The position numbers were made by a program, and so were the translations under genes. From Candidatus Odinarchaeia archaeon (GTDB taxonomy: Archaea > Asgardarchaeota > Odinarchaeia > Odinarchaeales > Odinarchaeaceae), in contig JAHQXC010000052.1 of assembly GCA_029856525.1 (NCBI GenBank), forward strand, positions 1 through 9,685: a stretch of 9,685 bases of DNA, given 5' to 3'. Under the pieces are notes generated by a model. The model was not told the DNA's origin, ran no database searches, and was given only the letters and a program-made list of their open reading frames with translations. Below are positions 6,653 to 9,685 of this stretch, piece after piece; the stretch's first letter is position 1; every line of letters starts with the position of its first letter.

Positions 6653-7528
6653 CTATTTTTCCATGGAGGGTTCTATGTGAACAGTTACATCTTTTATGAA
6701 AGGAAACACTTGTTTCAAAGCGTTTTCGACTTCAACTGAAATATCATGACCGGCTTCTACAGAGATAGATCTGTCAACTATTACGTGAAGGTCGACAAAG
6801 CATTCCGTTACAGAGCCTCTGCTTCTAATTTTATGAATACCTTTAACACCTTTAATATTAGAGACAATTTTCTTTATTAAATCGGTACTAATAACCAGTG
6901 AATCGGTTAATTCCCCGGATATTTTCTTAATTATCGAAACACCTGTATAGAATATTACTATAGAGATTAAAACAGATATCACAGGGTCGAATATCGGATA
7001 ACCGAAATGCACTAATATAAAGCTTGCAATAACGCTTAAAGACACATATATATCAGTGTTTGTGTGAGCTGAGTCGGCTATAAGTATACTACTATTATAT
7101 TTAACTCCCTCGCGTTTCTCGAAACGTGAGATAAAAATATTCACGCCTAAAGTTGATAACATCACTATCCAGTTTATTACCGTTATTTCAGGGGTTGTAG
7201 GTGTGATAAATCTGGTTATAGCACCCTGAAAAACTTCGAATGCTGTTATAACAAGTAGAACAGCTATTAACAATGTGGCTAAAGATGTATACTTGGCGTG
7301 ACCGTAAGGGTGATCTTCATCCGGTTTTTTTCTAGCGATTCGAATCCCAATTAACCCTATTATATTAGAAGAAGCATCTAATAGGGAGTGTAATGAATCG
7401 GAGATCATGCTCAGCGAGTTAGATATGAATCCGACTGCCATTTTACTGAAAACCACGAGCAGGTTTAACAATAATACGTAGATTAGAACGAGACGAACAC
7501 GGTTATAGCTTTCACTCAAAACCGTCAC
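6653..7528 (-). CDS. Cation diffusion facilitator (CDF) family metal transporter (291 aa)
   Basis: TM2 SDSLHSLLD, HPYGHAK loop, TM5 ADSAHTNTD, six hydrophobic segments, cytoplasmic dimer domain IRSRG..VDLHV..GHDIS..VTVHIEP. GTG start; TTG at 7519 is an alternative start. Confidence 0.95.
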   Translation of the reverse strand: MTVLSESYNRVRLVLIYVLLLNLLVVFSKMAVGFISNSLSMISDSLHSLLDASSNIIGLIGIRIARKKPDEDHPYGHAKYTSLATLLIAVLLVITAFEVFQGAITRFITPTTPEITVINWIVMLSTLGVNIFISRFEKREGVKYNSSILIADSAHTNTDIYVSLSVIASFILVHFGYPIFDPVISVLISIVIFYTGVSIIKKISGELTDSLVISTDLIKKIVSNIKGVKGIHKIRSRGSVTECFVDLHVIVDRSISVEAGHDISVEVENALKQVFPFIKDVTVHIEPSMEK

Positions 7529-7555
7529 CCGTGGAAATGAATTATAAATGCTAAA

Positions 7556-8719
7556 CTATTTAATAAGTTTAAAGAACCCGTAGAGCATAAATATATTCTC
7601 TTTAACACGATCAGTTACTTCCTCAACATACTTAGAGATTTTTTTATATCTTTCAGGGTCGATTTTTGGTGGGCTCTCATCTAATAATCTAACAGGCGCA
7701 TTTTCATCATCAAAATATTCAACATATTTAGAACGCCACTCGACAGGTATTTCATCTTTAAGCTCCACTCCTGAAATTTTTGAAACTATAAGCGACCACA
7801 TTCTCGGAGTCGCATTTAAGCTATAACCGCCTCCACCTAATATAAGACATTTACCGTTACAGTACTTATGGCTTAAAGAATGAATAATCTCCGCTATTCT
7901 AATATAAGTTGTACTTGTAAGCTGTAAATGTGAGAGAGGATCCAGGAAATGGGCGTCGGCGCCTGCTGTTAGTATGATGAACTGAGGGTTGTAAAATTCT
8001 GCGATTAAAGGTAGAAGCTGGTAGACTACATGAATGTAAGCTTCATCAAATGTTCCTATGGGTAGGGGAATATTAATATTATAGCCTTTACCGTCTCCTA
8101 TCCCTATCTCATCTTCGAACCCTGAGTGAGGGTACAGGGTTTCCCCGCTTTCATGCAGCGATATTTTAAAAACACGGCTGTCATCGTAGAAGATATCTTG
8201 GACACCGTTACCGTGATGCGCGTCTATATCTAGATATAGGATTCTTTGCAGCTTATATTTCTCTATTAAACGTTTTACCGCTATCGCTATATCATTGAAT
8301 ATGCAGAATCCGCCGCCTGAATCACGTTTAGCATGATGGAAACCACCACCGGGATTCCAAGCATGTGTTATTTTACCATTCATAACTTCATCTACAGCGG
8401 TTATCGTCCCGCCTACAGCGGTCTTAGTTATCTCAAACATGTTTTTAAAAGCAGGAGTATCTTTATCGTCGACTGAGCCAACTCCGCTTTCACTTAACTC
8501 TCTTATAAAATCTATATAGCCGGGTGTATGAACTGTTAGAAGATCTTCGTCGCTGCATGGTTTAGCTGTAATCAACTGTACATCAGGGTTGTTAAAGAAA
8601 GAGTTTAACTCCAGTAATTCTTTATGCATTTGAATTCTTATAGAGTTTAAAGGGTGTCCTCTACCGAAATTATATTTTAAAAAGTCCTCGTGATATATGA
8701 AACCGAATTTCATTGTCAT
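7556..8719 (-). CDS. acuC: Zn-dependent deacetylase, histone deacetylase family, AcuC-like (387 aa)
   Basis: GHPLNSIRI, NPGGGFHHAK, GFCIFNDIA, YLDIDAHHGNGVQ, SLHESG, GADAHFLDPLSHL, GGGGY. GAGGA SD at 8731-8727. Confidence 0.92.
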   Translation of the reverse strand: MTMKFGFIYHEDFLKYNFGRGHPLNSIRIQMHKELLELNSFFNNPDVQLITAKPCSDEDLLTVHTPGYIDFIRELSESGVGSVDDKDTPAFKNMFEITKTAVGGTITAVDEVMNGKITHAWNPGGGFHHAKRDSGGGFCIFNDIAIAVKRLIEKYKLQRILYLDIDAHHGNGVQDIFYDDSRVFKISLHESGETLYPHSGFEDEIGIGDGKGYNINIPLPIGTFDEAYIHVVYQLLPLIAEFYNPQFIILTAGADAHFLDPLSHLQLTSTTYIRIAEIIHSLSHKYCNGKCLILGGGGYSLNATPRMWSLIVSKISGVELKDEIPVEWRSKYVEYFDDENAPVRLLDESPPKIDPERYKKISKYVEEVTDRVKENIFMLYGFFKLIK

Positions 8720-8807
8720 TTCAATATCCTCAAATTTATTAAACCTGAAAAATAATATTAACTTACTTAATAGGATTCCGTAATTAATACGTTATTTTTA
8801 TTCAAAC

Positions 8808-8814
8808 TTATAAA
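8808..8814 (+). promoter_or_regulatory. Candidate TATA box for a leaderless GNAT transcript
   Basis: TTATAAA at -28 to -22 from the GTG at 8836, preceded by a purine-rich CAAA stretch; no SD precedes the GTG. Confidence 0.5.
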
Positions 8815-8835
8815 GCTAACATTTTAAGTTAAACG

Positions 8836-9378
8836 GTGAATGTTGTGGATTATTTTAAACCTCGGAAAATTGTTTTAAAAAACGGGCTTGAAATATTAAT
8901 AAGACCTTTAAAATACACGGATAAAAAAGAGCTGTTAAAGTTTTACAGTGAATTATCTGATGATAGCAGAGTGAAGTTATTTCAAAACTATAGATCCCTG
9001 GAAGCATGGAGAACCATGAGAATAAAGAAAGCTGAGGTTTATACAGACGGTTTAATCGTGGATTTTAAAAAATCATATTCACTATTAGCCCTGGTAGGGG
9101 ATAAAAAAAATTTTAAAATAATAGGGGATGGAAGATTCTTTTTAGATAAAAATAATATGAAAGCGGAGTTATACCTAGTGGTTCACGAGAATTATAGGCA
9201 TATAGGGGTTGGAGGAACTCTATTAGAGGCGATGCTGGAGATTTTAAAAAAACTTAAAGTAGAGGAGGTTTACTGCTATATAAGTAAAGATAATGAAGCT
9301 ATGCTTAAACTGATTGAAAAGCATGGTTTTAACAGAGAGGATCTTGAAGAAGTCTACTTATTTTGGAGGAGAATATAG
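8836..9378 (+). CDS. GNAT family N-acetyltransferase, resembling the Pat/acyl-CoA synthetase-associated GNAT domain (180 aa)
   Basis: LKNG..ILIRP...D...L..FYSELSDDS N-terminal pattern, IIGDGRF, AE..LVVHENYRHIGVGGTLL (acetyl-CoA motif A), NEAMLKLIEKHGF. Confidence 0.88.
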   Translation: MNVVDYFKPRKIVLKNGLEILIRPLKYTDKKELLKFYSELSDDSRVKLFQNYRSLEAWRTMRIKKAEVYTDGLIVDFKKSYSLLALVGDKKNFKIIGDGRFFLDKNNMKAELYLVVHENYRHIGVGGTLLEAMLEILKKLKVEEVYCYISKDNEAMLKLIEKHGFNREDLEEVYLFWRRI

Positions 9379-9379
9379 T

Positions 9380-9387
9380 AAAAAAAA
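9380..9387 (-). terminator. Oligo-T (T8) putative archaeal terminator on the minus strand
   Basis: A8 on the plus strand, 4 nt past the TAA of the 55-aa ORF, in the 13-nt gap between convergent genes. Confidence 0.5.
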
Positions 9388-9391
9388 TATT

Positions 9392-9559
9392 TTATACTTT
9401 TTCTAGTAAACGGTAGTTTATAAGTCTCTGAGTGTCTTTATCTTTTAAAAACTCCTCATCCACTTCTTTAACCTCACCCGGCTCTATGGTTACAATCTGT
9501 TTTTTCCACGTTATTTTCAATGTTTTAGCCGTAGTATTTTTTAATTTAACAGTTCCCAT
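9392..9559 (-). CDS. Small hypothetical protein, 55 aa: MGTVKLKNTTAKTLKITWKKQIVTIEPGEVKEVDEEFLKDKDTQRLINYRLLEKV
   Basis: Translated by hand; absent from the ORF track. ATG 9559 to TAA 9394-9392, SD-like GGAGATGA (9575-9568) 8 nt upstream, T8 tract after the stop, Lys/Glu-rich composition like neighbouring genes. Confidence 0.75.
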   Translation of the reverse strand: MGTVKLKNTTAKTLKITWKKQIVTIEPGEVKEVDEEFLKDKDTQRLINYRLLEKV

Positions 9560-9685
9560 TTAACGGCTCATCTCCTACTAAGTTGTTAATTAATATTTTA
9601 ATTGTATTTTTAATATATTTTAAGAGATATTTATATTTAGTGTAAAACAAGGAGTAAAATACTTTACTATAATACCAGTCTATGC

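Noticed and set aside
9585-9640. Repeated ATATTT units
   Set aside because: Irregular spacing in very AT-rich promoter DNA; low complexity rather than a tandem repeat, CRISPR array or origin.
1-9685. Mobile elements, CRISPR arrays, tRNA/rRNA, selenocysteine or pyrrolysine readthrough
   Set aside because: No transposase or integrase motifs, no spaced repeats, intergenic gaps are short and AT-rich, and the recognisable proteins end where their families normally end.

Overview
Gene-dense, AT-rich housekeeping/metabolic region that looks archaeal (inference from GAGGTG/AGGTGA-type ribosome-binding sites, TTATAA(A)-type TATA boxes, oligo-T terminator, frequent TTG/GTG starts; the lineage cannot be fixed from sequence alone). 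Gene order: pyrD-pyrK (+), serB (-), a class I pyridine nucleotide-disulfide oxidoreductase with mycothione-reductase-like motifs (+), a two-gene sufC-sufB unit (+), a B-box-like Zn-finger membrane protein, a CDF metal transporter and an AcuC-type deacetylase (all -), a stand-alone Pat-type GNAT acetyltransferase (+), and a 55-aa ORF (-) missing from the supplied ORF track. No mobile element, CRISPR array, tRNA or rRNA was seen. The best leads are: a CxxCxxC-x17-C motif in the SufC helical region; a head-to-head deacetylase/acetyltransferase pair; a reductase that lacks typical lipoamide-dehydrogenase signatures; an SD-led out-of-frame 25-codon uORF over the serB start; the B-box membrane protein; and the unannotated small protein. 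No homology searches were run, so novelty is unverified.
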